Notes: generated from the letters alone by a model not told the origin. Shown: positions 12,056 to 22,393, counted from the stretch's first letter. The stretch: DNA of 64,000 bases from Candidatus Cloacimonadales bacterium (GCA_963662585.1 OY759729.1:544001-608000); one strand, 5' to 3'. Made by a program: numbers and translations.

Positions 12056-13064
12056 CTTTGATAACAAGCTGTTCAATTATTTCTAATTTTACATCCCTGA
12101 TAACAGGTTTACCAAGTCCCTCTAATAAGACAAAAGTGATATTCTCTCCTTCCCTCTTTTTATCACTAGCTAGAGCTTTGGAGATTTCTTCCCACTCTAA
12201 AATCTGACTATTAACAATATTTACTTTATCTAAATCTGTTAGTAATGCTTGGTAAAGGGAAGCTGGGATTAGATTTAAACTATAGGATAGTTTTAATGCT
12301 TGTATCATACCCCATAGAACAGCCTTACCATGGCCGATATTATAAAGTTTTTCAACAACATGACCTAGAGTGTGTCCAAAATTTAGAAACCTGCGTTCTT
12401 CATTATCATTTTCATCGCCATTAACAAAAGATAGCTTAATAGAAATTGATTCTTTTATAATCTCAGCAAGTTTTGTCATTGAGTAGTCTGCAAATTCAAA
12501 ATCAAGGGACTTAACCTTTTGATAATAGTCTGCAGAAAAGATTAGTCCATGTTTTATGATTTCTGGTATTCCATTAGAGATTTCAGACTGGGGTAAGGTA
12601 TTCAAGAGATTAAAATCAAAGTTAATATATTCTGGCTGTTTTATAGTACCAAATTGATTCTTATAATTAAGAGAGTTAACACCATTTTTACCACCCACAG
12701 AAGCATCAACCATAGCAATCAAACTCGTCGGCATTAATGCTAATCTACAACCTCGCTTATAGATAGCTGAGATAAAACCAGCAATATCACCTACTACTCC
12801 CCCACCAAAACCTATGATTATTAGTTTTCGGGAATAGTTAAGTTCTAAGAGAATTTCCAGTATTTCATTAACCTGCTGAAGAGTTTTTGAGTTTTCTCCA
12901 GGCTCAATACTATAATATTTATGCTTAGGAAAAAGATCCTTCTGATATAGACTTTCCAGGTTCTTATCTGTAATAATAAAATACTCTGATTTACTCAAAG
13001 CTAATAAGAATTCCTTACTTTCTTGATAACTAATTCTCTTTAGATAATCTTCAATCCAGCTCAT
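12027..13064 (-). CDS. aroB: 3-dehydroquinate synthase
   Basis: GGGVVGD, DASVGGKNGVN, EIIKH, LNFGHTLGH, HGKAV motifs. Confidence 0.95.
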   Translation of the reverse strand: MSWIEDYLKRISYQESKEFLLALSKSEYFIITDKNLESLYQKDLFPKHKYYSIEPGENSKTLQQVNEILEILLELNYSRKLIIIGFGGGVVGDIAGFISAIYKRGCRLALMPTSLIAMVDASVGGKNGVNSLNYKNQFGTIKQPEYINFDFNLLNTLPQSEISNGIPEIIKHGLIFSADYYQKVKSLDFEFADYSMTKLAEIIKESISIKLSFVNGDENDNEERRFLNFGHTLGHVVEKLYNIGHGKAVLWGMIQALKLSYSLNLIPASLYQALLTDLDKVNIVNSQILEWEEISKALASDKKREGENITFVLLEGLGKPVIRDVKLEIIEQLVIKDDADIFRNN

Positions 13065-13070
13065 AATATC

Positions 13071-13865
13071 CTACTTAAAGAAATCAATAATTGGCTTAAG
13101 CTCTTTCATTAAAAAAGAGAATTCCTCAAAACTAAGTTGTTGTTCAGGGTCACTAAGTGCTTCTGGAGGATTAGGATGTACTTCAATCATTAATCCATCT
13201 GCACCTGCCGCTAAAGCAGCTTTGCACATAGGAAGAATTAGATTTTTCTTACCTGTAGCATGAGTAGGATCAACTATCACAGGCAATCCTGTTAATTGCT
13301 TCATAATGGGCACAGCACTTAAATCTAAAGTATTTCTTGTATAAGTCTCGAAAGTTCTAATCCCTCTCTCACAGAGAATTATCTTCTCATTCCCCTCTTT
13401 ATAGATATACTCAGCACTATGCACCCACTCTTCAATAGTTGCTTGAAAACCTCTTTTTAAAATAATAGGCTTATCAATCATTCCCACTTCTTTGAGTAAA
13501 GGAAAATTATGCATACTACGAGAACCTATTTGGATTATATCCACAAAATCTAAATTATTATTTATATGGCGAGGATCCAAAATCTCTGTAACTACTGGCC
13601 TTCCAGTTTCGAGTTTAATCTGTTTCAAGATATCTAAAGCTTCCTGCTGAAGTCCTTGAAAAGAGTAGGGAGATGTTCTTGGTTTAAAAGAACCTCCTCG
13701 AAAGATATTTGCTCCGCTCTTAATTATAGATTCAATACTCTCCCTTGCCATAGCATATCCTTCAATACTACAGGGACCAGCTATTAAGAGAAAATCTTTT
13801 CCAACTTTAATGTTCTTTATGTTATAAGTCGTTTCTTTATTTTGTAAAACTTTGTTTTTTGTCAT
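13071..13865 (-). CDS. aroF: DAHP synthase, class I-beta, without regulatory domain
   Basis: IAGPCSIE, FKPRTSPYSFQG, LKRG, CERGIRTF, DPTH, IEVHP motifs. Confidence 0.93.
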   Translation of the reverse strand: MTKNKVLQNKETTYNIKNIKVGKDFLLIAGPCSIEGYAMARESIESIIKSGANIFRGGSFKPRTSPYSFQGLQQEALDILKQIKLETGRPVVTEILDPRHINNNLDFVDIIQIGSRSMHNFPLLKEVGMIDKPIILKRGFQATIEEWVHSAEYIYKEGNEKIILCERGIRTFETYTRNTLDLSAVPIMKQLTGLPVIVDPTHATGKKNLILPMCKAALAAGADGLMIEVHPNPPEALSDPEQQLSFEEFSFLMKELKPIIDFFK

Positions 13866-15222
13866 TTTCTATTCTTTCTTTAAATAATTGCAATTGCCTT
13901 TCACTTTGATATAGCCAAAATTCTCTTCCTGAAAAATATCTCTCCTTCTCAACTTCTTGTTGAAGAGGTATCTCATCTTGAGAATAGGGTAAATCTATTA
14001 CGAATCTGAATTTACTAATCCCAGTTTCCCGAGAAAAACTTTCACCTTTCATTCCAAGTGGTGAAGTATTAATCAATAAATCAAAATATATTTCAGGGGA
14101 TTTTTGGTCAATAACTTCTATATTTTTTCTTTTAGACTTAAGTTGGAGTAACCTTGATTTATTTCTTCCTGTTACATAGATTTGATAATCAGAGAATATA
14201 TCTAAAGCTAATTCTGCCATACTTCCTGTACCATATATTAGGATACTCTTTATTGTTAAGTTTTCTATTCTCCGTTTAATTTTAACAAAAGCATCTGCAT
14301 CTGTATTATAAAAGTGATATCCAGAATCATATATCAATAAATTACTAATCTTAAAATGAGAATATCTCTTGGGTATTTCCTGTTTAAAGGGCATGGTTAG
14401 AGAGAATCCATAACACAGTTTATCAAGCTTATCGTGAAGTTGGATTAAGACAAAAAAGAAGTCTAAATCAAATACTTCAAGATGAATTGGAAGATAAGAA
14501 GCATCAATGTCGTTATCCTTAAAATAATTATTATAATAATCAAGACCTAAAGAGCCATAAACTTGTTCACCGCCTATTATTCCTCCCCATTTAAAAGGTC
14601 TTTCTGACAATAAGTGTTGATATTTTTCCACATCTTCTAAAGTAAGTTGACCGATAACAGTCTCTTCTCCTGGAACAACAACAAAGGTCCCAAGTGAGCC
14701 TAAATAGGAGTGAAGCAACCTTTGCAACTTACCATATTTCCCCATCACAAGCCAAAGAATCTTCTTCTCATATCTATCTATTATTGCCTTAATTTTACCA
14801 ATATCTACTAATTTATAACAAACTTGAGCAATCTTAATAAAAAGAGGATTAAAAGAATCTCCCTTTTGTAATCGCTCAGCAATTCCAGAGAATTCCACTG
14901 CTCCAAAGCTGTGATAAGAAAGAATAACTCTTGAACTAGCTAATGGTAAAGAATTACTAGCTTCCAATAAATCTATTTCTAAATCAAAATAGATATTTGC
15001 ATAATCCGTAAGAGTGTGATAAAAATCTATTTTCTCTTTAAGAGATCGCTTACTTCTGCCCCCTTCCCTATTCCATCTATCTGTTATAATAACTTTATAA
15101 CTAGATAAATTCTTAAGGTGACTAATCAGAATTGGGGATAAATCAACCCTCAATTCAATCCACTCTACCCACTTAGGGATATTCGCTAGTTCTTTTTCCT
15201 TAGATATTGAGTATATTAACAT
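13837..15222 (-). CDS. Fused type I dehydroquinate dehydratase / shikimate dehydrogenase (AroD-AroE)
   Basis: N-half ELRVD, EGG, LSYH, IKIA, MG; C-half TMPFK, YNTD, YGTG.MA, INTSPLGM, DLPY; first gene of aro operon. Confidence 0.85.
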   Translation of the reverse strand: MLIYSISKEKELANIPKWVEWIELRVDLSPILISHLKNLSSYKVIITDRWNREGGRSKRSLKEKIDFYHTLTDYANIYFDLEIDLLEASNSLPLASSRVILSYHSFGAVEFSGIAERLQKGDSFNPLFIKIAQVCYKLVDIGKIKAIIDRYEKKILWLVMGKYGKLQRLLHSYLGSLGTFVVVPGEETVIGQLTLEDVEKYQHLLSERPFKWGGIIGGEQVYGSLGLDYYNNYFKDNDIDASYLPIHLEVFDLDFFFVLIQLHDKLDKLCYGFSLTMPFKQEIPKRYSHFKISNLLIYDSGYHFYNTDADAFVKIKRRIENLTIKSILIYGTGSMAELALDIFSDYQIYVTGRNKSRLLQLKSKRKNIEVIDQKSPEIYFDLLINTSPLGMKGESFSRETGISKFRFVIDLPYSQDEIPLQQEVEKERYFSGREFWLYQSERQLQLFKERIENDKKQSFTK

Positions 15223-15370
15223 AATTCTTATTCCTTTAGAGATACTTTTATTAGCTCCATAATTAAGTCAAATAATATCATTTTAATTAATGTTGTTATG
15301 TTCAATCAATTATTATTTGTAATTATAATCAAAGCTCTTATATTATAAAAAAAAATACTATGGAGAAATT

Positions 15371-18196
15371 ATGGAATTGAAAGGCCTAAAAATTACAAGA
15401 CTTATTTTTATGTTTCTTGTAATAATGATACTACCTGTATCAGTTTTTGGTATAAACATAACGAATGTTTTAGAATTATGGAATGTAAGAAGTAATCTTG
15501 GTTCTACTTATGATCTATTAAATGATCTAAACTTAGAAGCTACGAATCCTTCTATAATAGCAGATTATCAAAACAACACTGATTATGAAGTAGGTGATAT
15601 TGTTAAATATACTGATGGATATGCCTATTATTGTACTACAACACATAATTCAGGTTCAGCTTTTATTAGTGGGAACTGGGTTCAAATGTGGGAAGCAGTC
15701 AAAGGTTGGAAACCTATTGGTAATAGCACCACACCTTTCTATGGTAGATTTAATGGTAATCATCATAATATCTACAATCTCTATATTGATAGAAAAGCTA
15801 CCTCAGTAGCCAATACTGTTTATCCATCAGATGGAGAAGATTTTGTTGGATTGTTTGGTCTAGTTAGTAATGGAAGTAGTGCTTCTTTAGGAGCTGGGAC
15901 TAATTACGATGTCTATATTAAAAACTTGGGACTTCTCAATCCAAATGTATCAGGAAGAAGAGCTACAGGTTCATTAGTTGGAAGAGTTTATCTTCCTTAC
16001 ACAACAACTACTCGAACTAACATTGCTTATATAGAAAACTGCTTTGCCAAAGCAGACGGAGTGGGAGGAACAGCTCTAGTAAATGGCTTTGGTTCAACAG
16101 GTGGTTTAGTAGGAGCTAATAATAGCGATAGAAAGCAGAGAATTCCAATTATAAGGTTCAGCTATGCTAATGTAACAGTATCAGCAACCCATCCTTTTAA
16201 TACAGCTCAAAATCAAGATGATGTAGTAGCTGAAGATTTTTTGACCCCCTACAATATTAAATATGGGGGATTAGTAGGTTGCAATGAAAATGGCGCCACT
16301 CAAGATAGCTACGCTTATGGTAATGTAACTGGTGGAGATAGAGTTGGTGGTCTTGCAGGATGTTCAATTGGTGGAGCTATCTTCAGAAGCTATGCAACAG
16401 GAACAGTTACAAGAAATATTGGACCAGGTAACTATCAGGGTGGCGAAGGTGGTATAGTAGGTGTTTCATCAGGATATTTACCCCCCGCCTTAGGTGGAAC
16501 CAATGCCTTTGGATCTGTAGAAAACTCTTACTGGGATACCGTAACTTCGGGTATTTCTACTTCGGCAGGTGGAACAGGAATGCCTACTGCTAACTTTAGC
16601 TCAGAAGCAAATTTCAATAATTGGGACTTTACTACCGTATGGGCCATAGTTGGAACTTATCCTACCTTGCAAAATAGCCCTCCTACTAGTTTTCATTTCA
16701 GAACTAATTTTTCAGGTAATTTTAGTAGTCCATCTTTGTGGGATTATTCTCAGACTTTATCAAACTGGATTTCAGCTGTTACCTATCCTGATCACACTAA
16801 TGCTATTAGTATTACTATAAAATCTAATAACAATATAACTTTAAATAATGACTGGTATATATCAAATACTACTATCGAAAGTGATGGCAAAATTACAGTT
16901 CCGCAAGGTTATACCCTCTTTATTGAGGATAATGATGGTGATGATTTAATTATTCAGGGTGATTTAGATATCACAGGAAATCTAGTTATCGGTCAATCAG
17001 CTTCTATTAGAGGTGAAACTGGCTCAAAAGTTTCCTTCTTATGGAATAGTAATTTTAATTACTCCTCAGGATTTACCTCCTTATATGATGTAGTAGTTAA
17101 TAACCCTAATGGTGTAACTTTTGCCCAAAGTTTAACTATCAATGGAACACTCACAGAAACTAACGGAAAATTGACCCATGGTACTTCTACTTCAATAAGC
17201 GGATTGAGCTCTGCTACTCAGAGATTCTTAGATATCTCTACTGGAGCATTTCCTATTAATAACTTCTCAGTATCAACAACTGCTTACGATAACTATCCTC
17301 TCTATGTTAAAAGAGAATGGAATATTCAAGGTTCTGTAGGCTCAAGCTTGATAAGTGATCGCCAAAGAGAAATTACTTTCTATTGGTCTGCTACCGAAGA
17401 TGAAAGTTATGACTGGACTACAAACTCCAAAGAGCCAATACTTTACATAGCTTCTACTGCTATTACAGCTAATTCATATAATATTACTTCAGATCCGAGA
17501 GAAGCTACATTTACTGTTGAATTTGCTCAAGCAAGTAAAGAAGAAAAAGGAACTTACAGAATTGGTATTGGTGAAGATGAAACTTTACCAGTAACCTTAT
17601 CTTCCTTTACTGCTCAAGTTTATCAAACAGACAAAGTTCAGGTTAATTGGACAAGCCAATCCGAATCTGCTCTTAGTGGTTACTCAATATTCCGAAATAA
17701 TGAAAATGATTTAGAGTCAGCCCTCAATATTGCTTTTGTTGAATCTCAGAATTATTCTCAAACTCATACCTATAAATTCTTAGATGAAGATATTACTTCT
17801 TCAGGAGAATACTACTATTGGTTAATGTCTAGTGGTTATGATGGCTATAATCAAGTCTTTGGTGCTGTTAAAGTCGAAGTTAATTTAGAAGAGAATGGAG
17901 AAACTATAGAAATTCCACTTTTTCAAGGAATTACTTCAATCTACCCTAATCCTTTTAATCCTTCAACTAATATAAGCTACTATCTTAATGAGGATGAAAA
18001 TGTTCTTATTGAGATCTATAATATTAAAGGACAAAGAATTAAAGAGTTTAAACTTGGTGTTCAGAGTAAAGGAAATCATTCAGTAGTTTGGAAAGCTCTT
18101 GATAGCAATAATAAGAATTTACCTTCAGGTATTTACTTGACCAAAATGAATATAGGTAATAAACAATATATCAAGAAAATAATGCTAATGAAATAG
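15371..18196 (+). CDS. Secreted GLUG-motif protein with CBM-like insert and C-terminal FlgD-Ig/T9SS-like sorting domain
   Basis: Signal peptide, GGLVG/GGLAG repeats, ETLPVTLSSF, YPNPFNP...LPSGIY...KKIMLMK; paralog of 19367-22393. Confidence 0.85.
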   Translation: MELKGLKITRLIFMFLVIMILPVSVFGINITNVLELWNVRSNLGSTYDLLNDLNLEATNPSIIADYQNNTDYEVGDIVKYTDGYAYYCTTTHNSGSAFISGNWVQMWEAVKGWKPIGNSTTPFYGRFNGNHHNIYNLYIDRKATSVANTVYPSDGEDFVGLFGLVSNGSSASLGAGTNYDVYIKNLGLLNPNVSGRRATGSLVGRVYLPYTTTTRTNIAYIENCFAKADGVGGTALVNGFGSTGGLVGANNSDRKQRIPIIRFSYANVTVSATHPFNTAQNQDDVVAEDFLTPYNIKYGGLVGCNENGATQDSYAYGNVTGGDRVGGLAGCSIGGAIFRSYATGTVTRNIGPGNYQGGEGGIVGVSSGYLPPALGGTNAFGSVENSYWDTVTSGISTSAGGTGMPTANFSSEANFNNWDFTTVWAIVGTYPTLQNSPPTSFHFRTNFSGNFSSPSLWDYSQTLSNWISAVTYPDHTNAISITIKSNNNITLNNDWYISNTTIESDGKITVPQGYTLFIEDNDGDDLIIQGDLDITGNLVIGQSASIRGETGSKVSFLWNSNFNYSSGFTSLYDVVVNNPNGVTFAQSLTINGTLTETNGKLTHGTSTSISGLSSATQRFLDISTGAFPINNFSVSTTAYDNYPLYVKREWNIQGSVGSSLISDRQREITFYWSATEDESYDWTTNSKEPILYIASTAITANSYNITSDPREATFTVEFAQASKEEKGTYRIGIGEDETLPVTLSSFTAQVYQTDKVQVNWTSQSESALSGYSIFRNNENDLESALNIAFVESQNYSQTHTYKFLDEDITSSGEYYYWLMSSGYDGYNQVFGAVKVEVNLEENGETIEIPLFQGITSIYPNPFNPSTNISYYLNEDENVLIEIYNIKGQRIKEFKLGVQSKGNHSVVWKALDSNNKNLPSGIYLTKMNIGNKQYIKKIMLMK

Positions 18197-18226
18197 TATC
18201 TTAGATTTACCAATAAAGAAAATTAT

Positions 18227-18252
18227 AAAGCCCTTGTTTACGAGGGCTTTTT
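18227..18252. terminator. Bidirectional terminator overlapping the EamA stop codon
   Basis: AAAGCCCT...AGGGCTTTTT between convergent genes. Confidence 0.65.
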
Positions 18253-19131
18253 CTTGTTTAATATATCTCTGATAACTTCTAAATTAACTCCTAAAATGAC
18301 AATTATAATCCCCACAATTTGCCAGGTGGTCAATGTTTCCTTAAAAATAAAGTAAGCTAAAAGAGAAGCAATCGCAGGTTTTAAGAAGAAAATGGAAGAA
18401 CCAACTACTGTTGCTACTCTCTTCAAACCAGCGAAATAGGTAAGATATGCTATTCCTGAAACAAAGATTCCAAGATAACTAATAAAAAGAATATTCTTAG
18501 ATGACATTTCCATACTAATATCAAAACCTGCTATTAGTGAAATAATAGCTAACAGAAGAGAACCTCCTAAAAAAGAGATAGCATTAGTAAGAACATTACC
18601 ATATTCTTTAATGTACTTTTTGGAAATTACTGTATAAAAACCAAAGGACACAGAGGCTATACAGGCAAATAATACTCCTAAAGGAGCATTTATAGCTGTT
18701 TGACTTGATGAATGATGATTAAGGATAATAATAGTTATTCCGACTAAACCTATCATTAAACCTATAATTTTATAGATTGAAAGCCTTTCTTTTAAGATTA
18801 AGAATGAGAATATAGCAACAAATACGGAATTAGAACTTATTAAGATTGCACTTATATTTGCCTCACCATAATGGACTGCTAGTTGTAAAAACAACATTGA
18901 TATAGAGACATTAATAAAACCTGGGACTGAAAGTTTAAAGACTTCTCTGCCTGATAGATTCCTTTTCTCTTCTTTTTGTTGTTTTAAAGCAAAGGGTAGC
19001 ATAAAAATACCACCAATCAAAAATCTATATAATGTTATGGCAAAAGGGGATATATTGGCCCCGATAAGTTTCCCTGTTACTTCTAATGTCGAAAAAAGTA
19101 TTATCGTGAATAAGATTAAAAGATAGCCCAT
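18238..19131 (-). CDS. DMT/EamA family transporter
   Basis: About 10 TM helices in two EamA halves (YRF, ILKERL..KIIG, FKETL); start ATG 19131 after GGAG. Confidence 0.9.
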   Translation of the reverse strand: MGYLLILFTIILFSTLEVTGKLIGANISPFAITLYRFLIGGIFMLPFALKQQKEEKRNLSGREVFKLSVPGFINVSISMLFLQLAVHYGEANISAILISSNSVFVAIFSFLILKERLSIYKIIGLMIGLVGITIIILNHHSSSQTAINAPLGVLFACIASVSFGFYTVISKKYIKEYGNVLTNAISFLGGSLLLAIISLIAGFDISMEMSSKNILFISYLGIFVSGIAYLTYFAGLKRVATVVGSSIFFLKPAIASLLAYFIFKETLTTWQIVGIIIVILGVNLEVIRDILNKKKPS

Positions 19132-19366
19132 CACTACTCCATTTATTAATTTATTAAATTTCATTATTCTAAAGATACTATACTGTCAATTGATTTTAAC
19201 AAATCAGCTGATATTCAGCTTTATCCTGTATATTATTTTGGGTATTATTTTCATTTTGCAAACAGTTACAATTATATTCATTTATTTCATAATTTATCTT
19301 GACATATTATTTAAAAATTCCTAACATCGTAATAATTATTTTTATAATAACTAAGCGAGGTAATAA

Positions 19367-22300
19367 ATGAGAGATTTGAGATTGACTTTTCTGATTGTTT
19401 TGATGATGCTTTTGACGGTGGGAACACTGGGTGCTGTAGATTATACTATAGAAAACATTTTAGATTTATGGAATGTAAGAAATGATTTAGGTGGAAATTA
19501 TACCGTAACCGCAGCAAGTGGCTTGAATTTAGAAGCTACTAATCCAGAAACAATTGTTGCTTGGGCGGCAAGTACTTACAATGAAGGTGAGATAATAGAA
19601 TATACTGATGGATATGCCTATTACTCTAATAATGGATCTAACGACAACGAACCTACTGGCGATACTGATACAAACTGGACCCAAATGTGGGAATGTGACA
19701 AAGGCTGGCAACCAATTGGAACTGCAACTTTACCTTTCCACGGTAACTTTGATGGTGGTGGAAAGATAATATCTAACCTCTATATAAACAGAGGTGCTGA
19801 TGCTTCTGCAAACAATACATTTCCTCTCAATGGTGAAGATTCTGTTGGGCTCTTTGGTTATGTAACAGATGGTGACACAGCTGATTCTGGCAATAATCTT
19901 ACAGATATTTATATCAAAAATGTAGCCTTAACCAATGTAAGCATTCAGGGTAAAAGAGGGACTGGAGCTCTTATTGGAAAAATACTCATTCCTAAAAAGA
20001 AAGGTAAATTAGTAATTACCGAAAATTGTTCTGCAACTGGTACAGTTTCAGGTTTTGGTGCCACAGGTGGTTTAGTAGGAGCTAACAACAGTAATGAGAA
20101 ACAAGCTGTTCCTATCATCAGATACTGCTATGCTAATGTAACAGTATCATCAACACATTCTTCAAATCAAGCACTTAATAGTGGAGACAATAATAATCCT
20201 TATAACATTAAATATGGTGGATTAGTTGGTTGTAACGAAAACGGTGTTACCCAAGACTCTTATGCACTGGGAAATGTTTCTGGTGGCGATAGAGTTGGTG
20301 GTTTAGCAGGTTGTTCTATTGGTGGAGCGATCTTTAGATCCTATGCAACTGGCTCTGTTACTCAGAATATAGGTTCTTCATCATGGGAAGGCGGTTATGG
20401 TCCTATTACAGGAAGAACTGAAGGAAGACTACCTCCTGGATTAGGTGGTACAAATGCTGCAGGTTCAGTTGAAGATTGCTACTATTTAAGTTCTGCAACA
20501 TTAACAGGTACAACAAATGTAAATGCTTTTGGAACAGCTCAAACTTCTGCACAATTGAAAACAGCTACACCTTATACAAACTGGTCATCTTCTGTATGGA
20601 CATTCTCTGAAGATGAATCTGCATACCCTATTTTAACGGGCTCCCCAGCCTCAATGTTCCATTTCCAATCGAACAAAAATGGCTCATTCTCAACTGCTTC
20701 TAATTGGAATACTTCATCTTCCATTAGCGGTCCTTTTAATACTGCATCAGTATTAAAACCTGATTATACTAATTCTCTCAGTATCAATATTCGTTCTGCA
20801 GATACTATCACTCTAGCAACTAGTAAAAATGCCTTCATTAGTACAACAACAGTGAATGGAAAACTTATTGTAGCTAGTGGTGCTGTGTTAAATATTGAAA
20901 ATGAAGCTGGTGATGATTTAGTAGTTAATGGAGAATTAGAAGTTTCAAACACATTAAATGTTGGTCAATCAGCTACCATAGTTAGTAACACAGGCTCTAC
21001 AATTACATTCAAAGGAAATTCAAGTATCAGTGCTACTACTGTAAACGGAAGCCTCGTTGTTGAGGATGGAGTAACTTTATCAGTAGTGAATAATCCAGGA
21101 GATGAGGTTACAGATGGGTTTGGAGAGATAGATGATTTAATAATAAATGGTAATTTAGAAGTTACGGGTGCATTAGATATTGAAGAAATAACAAAAGTTA
21201 TTGGTAATACTAATTCTACCATTACTTTTAATGGTAGTGAAGCTCAAACTGTTAATTTAGGCTTAACTTCAGTGTATAATCTTACTATTAATAACAGTGC
21301 CGGAGTTACTCTACCTTCTACAATGATCATTTATGGCACATTATCTGTCTTATCAGACAATTATACTATTCCTAGTACTGTAGAAGTAGACGGACTAAAC
21401 TCCCCAATTATTAAACATCTTTCCTGGACTGCAACTGATTATAATGTAAAAAACTATGCAACTACAACAACTTTAGAAACTTCTCTTTTCCCAGAATTTA
21501 TAAACCGCTCTTGGACTATTACCGGTAATATTAACGACGCTGATATAGCCAACAGGAAAAAAGTGATTACTTTCTATTGGACTTCTGCAGAAGATAATAA
21601 TTACGACTGGGTTAATACTAGTTCTGTGCCAGTTCTCTTTGATGGAGGAACTAAATTATCAACCGCAACATCTTCTAATTTAACCACAGATAATCGCACT
21701 GCTACATTTGAATATAATTTCCCTCAGAATGTAAAAGCATCTAGAGGTCAACTTACTATTGGTTTAGATGATAGCCAAACTCTACCTGTTGAATTATCTA
21801 CTTTCGGAGCTTTTAACTATCAAGGAAACAGTGTAATGATTCAGTGGATTACCCAATCTGAGAGCAATTTAGATGGTTATAGAATTTATCGTAATAACGA
21901 AAACACATTGAATAGTGCTGAGATGTTAGATACTTTTATTAATGGTACAAACACCAGCCAACCACAAGCTTACTCTTTTATTGATAAGACTCTTTCTGGA
22001 AATGGAATATATTATTATTGGATTCAGATGTTAGATTATGATGGTAGTAATTCTTTCTATGGACCGGCAATTGTAGAATATGCAGATGATTTTGATCATT
22101 CTGTTGATATTCCTTTAGTTACTGGGCTTATATCTATCTACCCAAATCCTTTTAATCCAACTACAACAATTAGTTATTCTTTAGAGTTTAATTCACCTGT
22201 TGAAGTTAATATCTATAATATTAAAGGACAGTTGGTAAAGAGCTTTGATTTAGGAATGCAAGCACAAGGTTTCCATAAAGTTGTTTGGAATGGAGAATCT

Positions 22301-22393
22301 GATAGTGGTAATAGTCTTCCTTCTGGAATATATTTCAGCAAAATGAAAACTCAAAATAAGGTTGATATCAAGAAAATTATGCTCTTAAAATAG
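19367..22393 (+). CDS. Secreted GLUG-motif protein with C-terminal FlgD-Ig/T9SS-like sorting domain (paralog of 15371-18196)
   Basis: GAGG RBS, signal peptide, shared PYNIKYGGLVGCNENG...GGDRVGGLAGCSIGGAIFRSYATG block, QTLPVELSTF, YPNPFNP, KKIMLLK. Confidence 0.85.
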   Translation: MRDLRLTFLIVLMMLLTVGTLGAVDYTIENILDLWNVRNDLGGNYTVTAASGLNLEATNPETIVAWAASTYNEGEIIEYTDGYAYYSNNGSNDNEPTGDTDTNWTQMWECDKGWQPIGTATLPFHGNFDGGGKIISNLYINRGADASANNTFPLNGEDSVGLFGYVTDGDTADSGNNLTDIYIKNVALTNVSIQGKRGTGALIGKILIPKKKGKLVITENCSATGTVSGFGATGGLVGANNSNEKQAVPIIRYCYANVTVSSTHSSNQALNSGDNNNPYNIKYGGLVGCNENGVTQDSYALGNVSGGDRVGGLAGCSIGGAIFRSYATGSVTQNIGSSSWEGGYGPITGRTEGRLPPGLGGTNAAGSVEDCYYLSSATLTGTTNVNAFGTAQTSAQLKTATPYTNWSSSVWTFSEDESAYPILTGSPASMFHFQSNKNGSFSTASNWNTSSSISGPFNTASVLKPDYTNSLSINIRSADTITLATSKNAFISTTTVNGKLIVASGAVLNIENEAGDDLVVNGELEVSNTLNVGQSATIVSNTGSTITFKGNSSISATTVNGSLVVEDGVTLSVVNNPGDEVTDGFGEIDDLIINGNLEVTGALDIEEITKVIGNTNSTITFNGSEAQTVNLGLTSVYNLTINNSAGVTLPSTMIIYGTLSVLSDNYTIPSTVEVDGLNSPIIKHLSWTATDYNVKNYATTTTLETSLFPEFINRSWTITGNINDADIANRKKVITFYWTSAEDNNYDWVNTSSVPVLFDGGTKLSTATSSNLTTDNRTATFEYNFPQNVKASRGQLTIGLDDSQTLPVELSTFGAFNYQGNSVMIQWITQSESNLDGYRIYRNNENTLNSAEMLDTFINGTNTSQPQAYSFIDKTLSGNGIYYYWIQMLDYDGSNSFYGPAIVEYADDFDHSVDIPLVTGLISIYPNPFNPTTTISYSLEFNSPVEVNIYNIKGQLVKSFDLGMQAQGFHKVVWNGESDSGNSLPSGIYFSKMKTQNKVDIKKIMLLK

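Noticed and set aside
12027..12076. aroB/aroA overlap as a frameshifted fusion or pseudogene
   Set aside because: Both proteins have complete motif sets and aroA has its own ATG; short overlaps occur throughout this operon.
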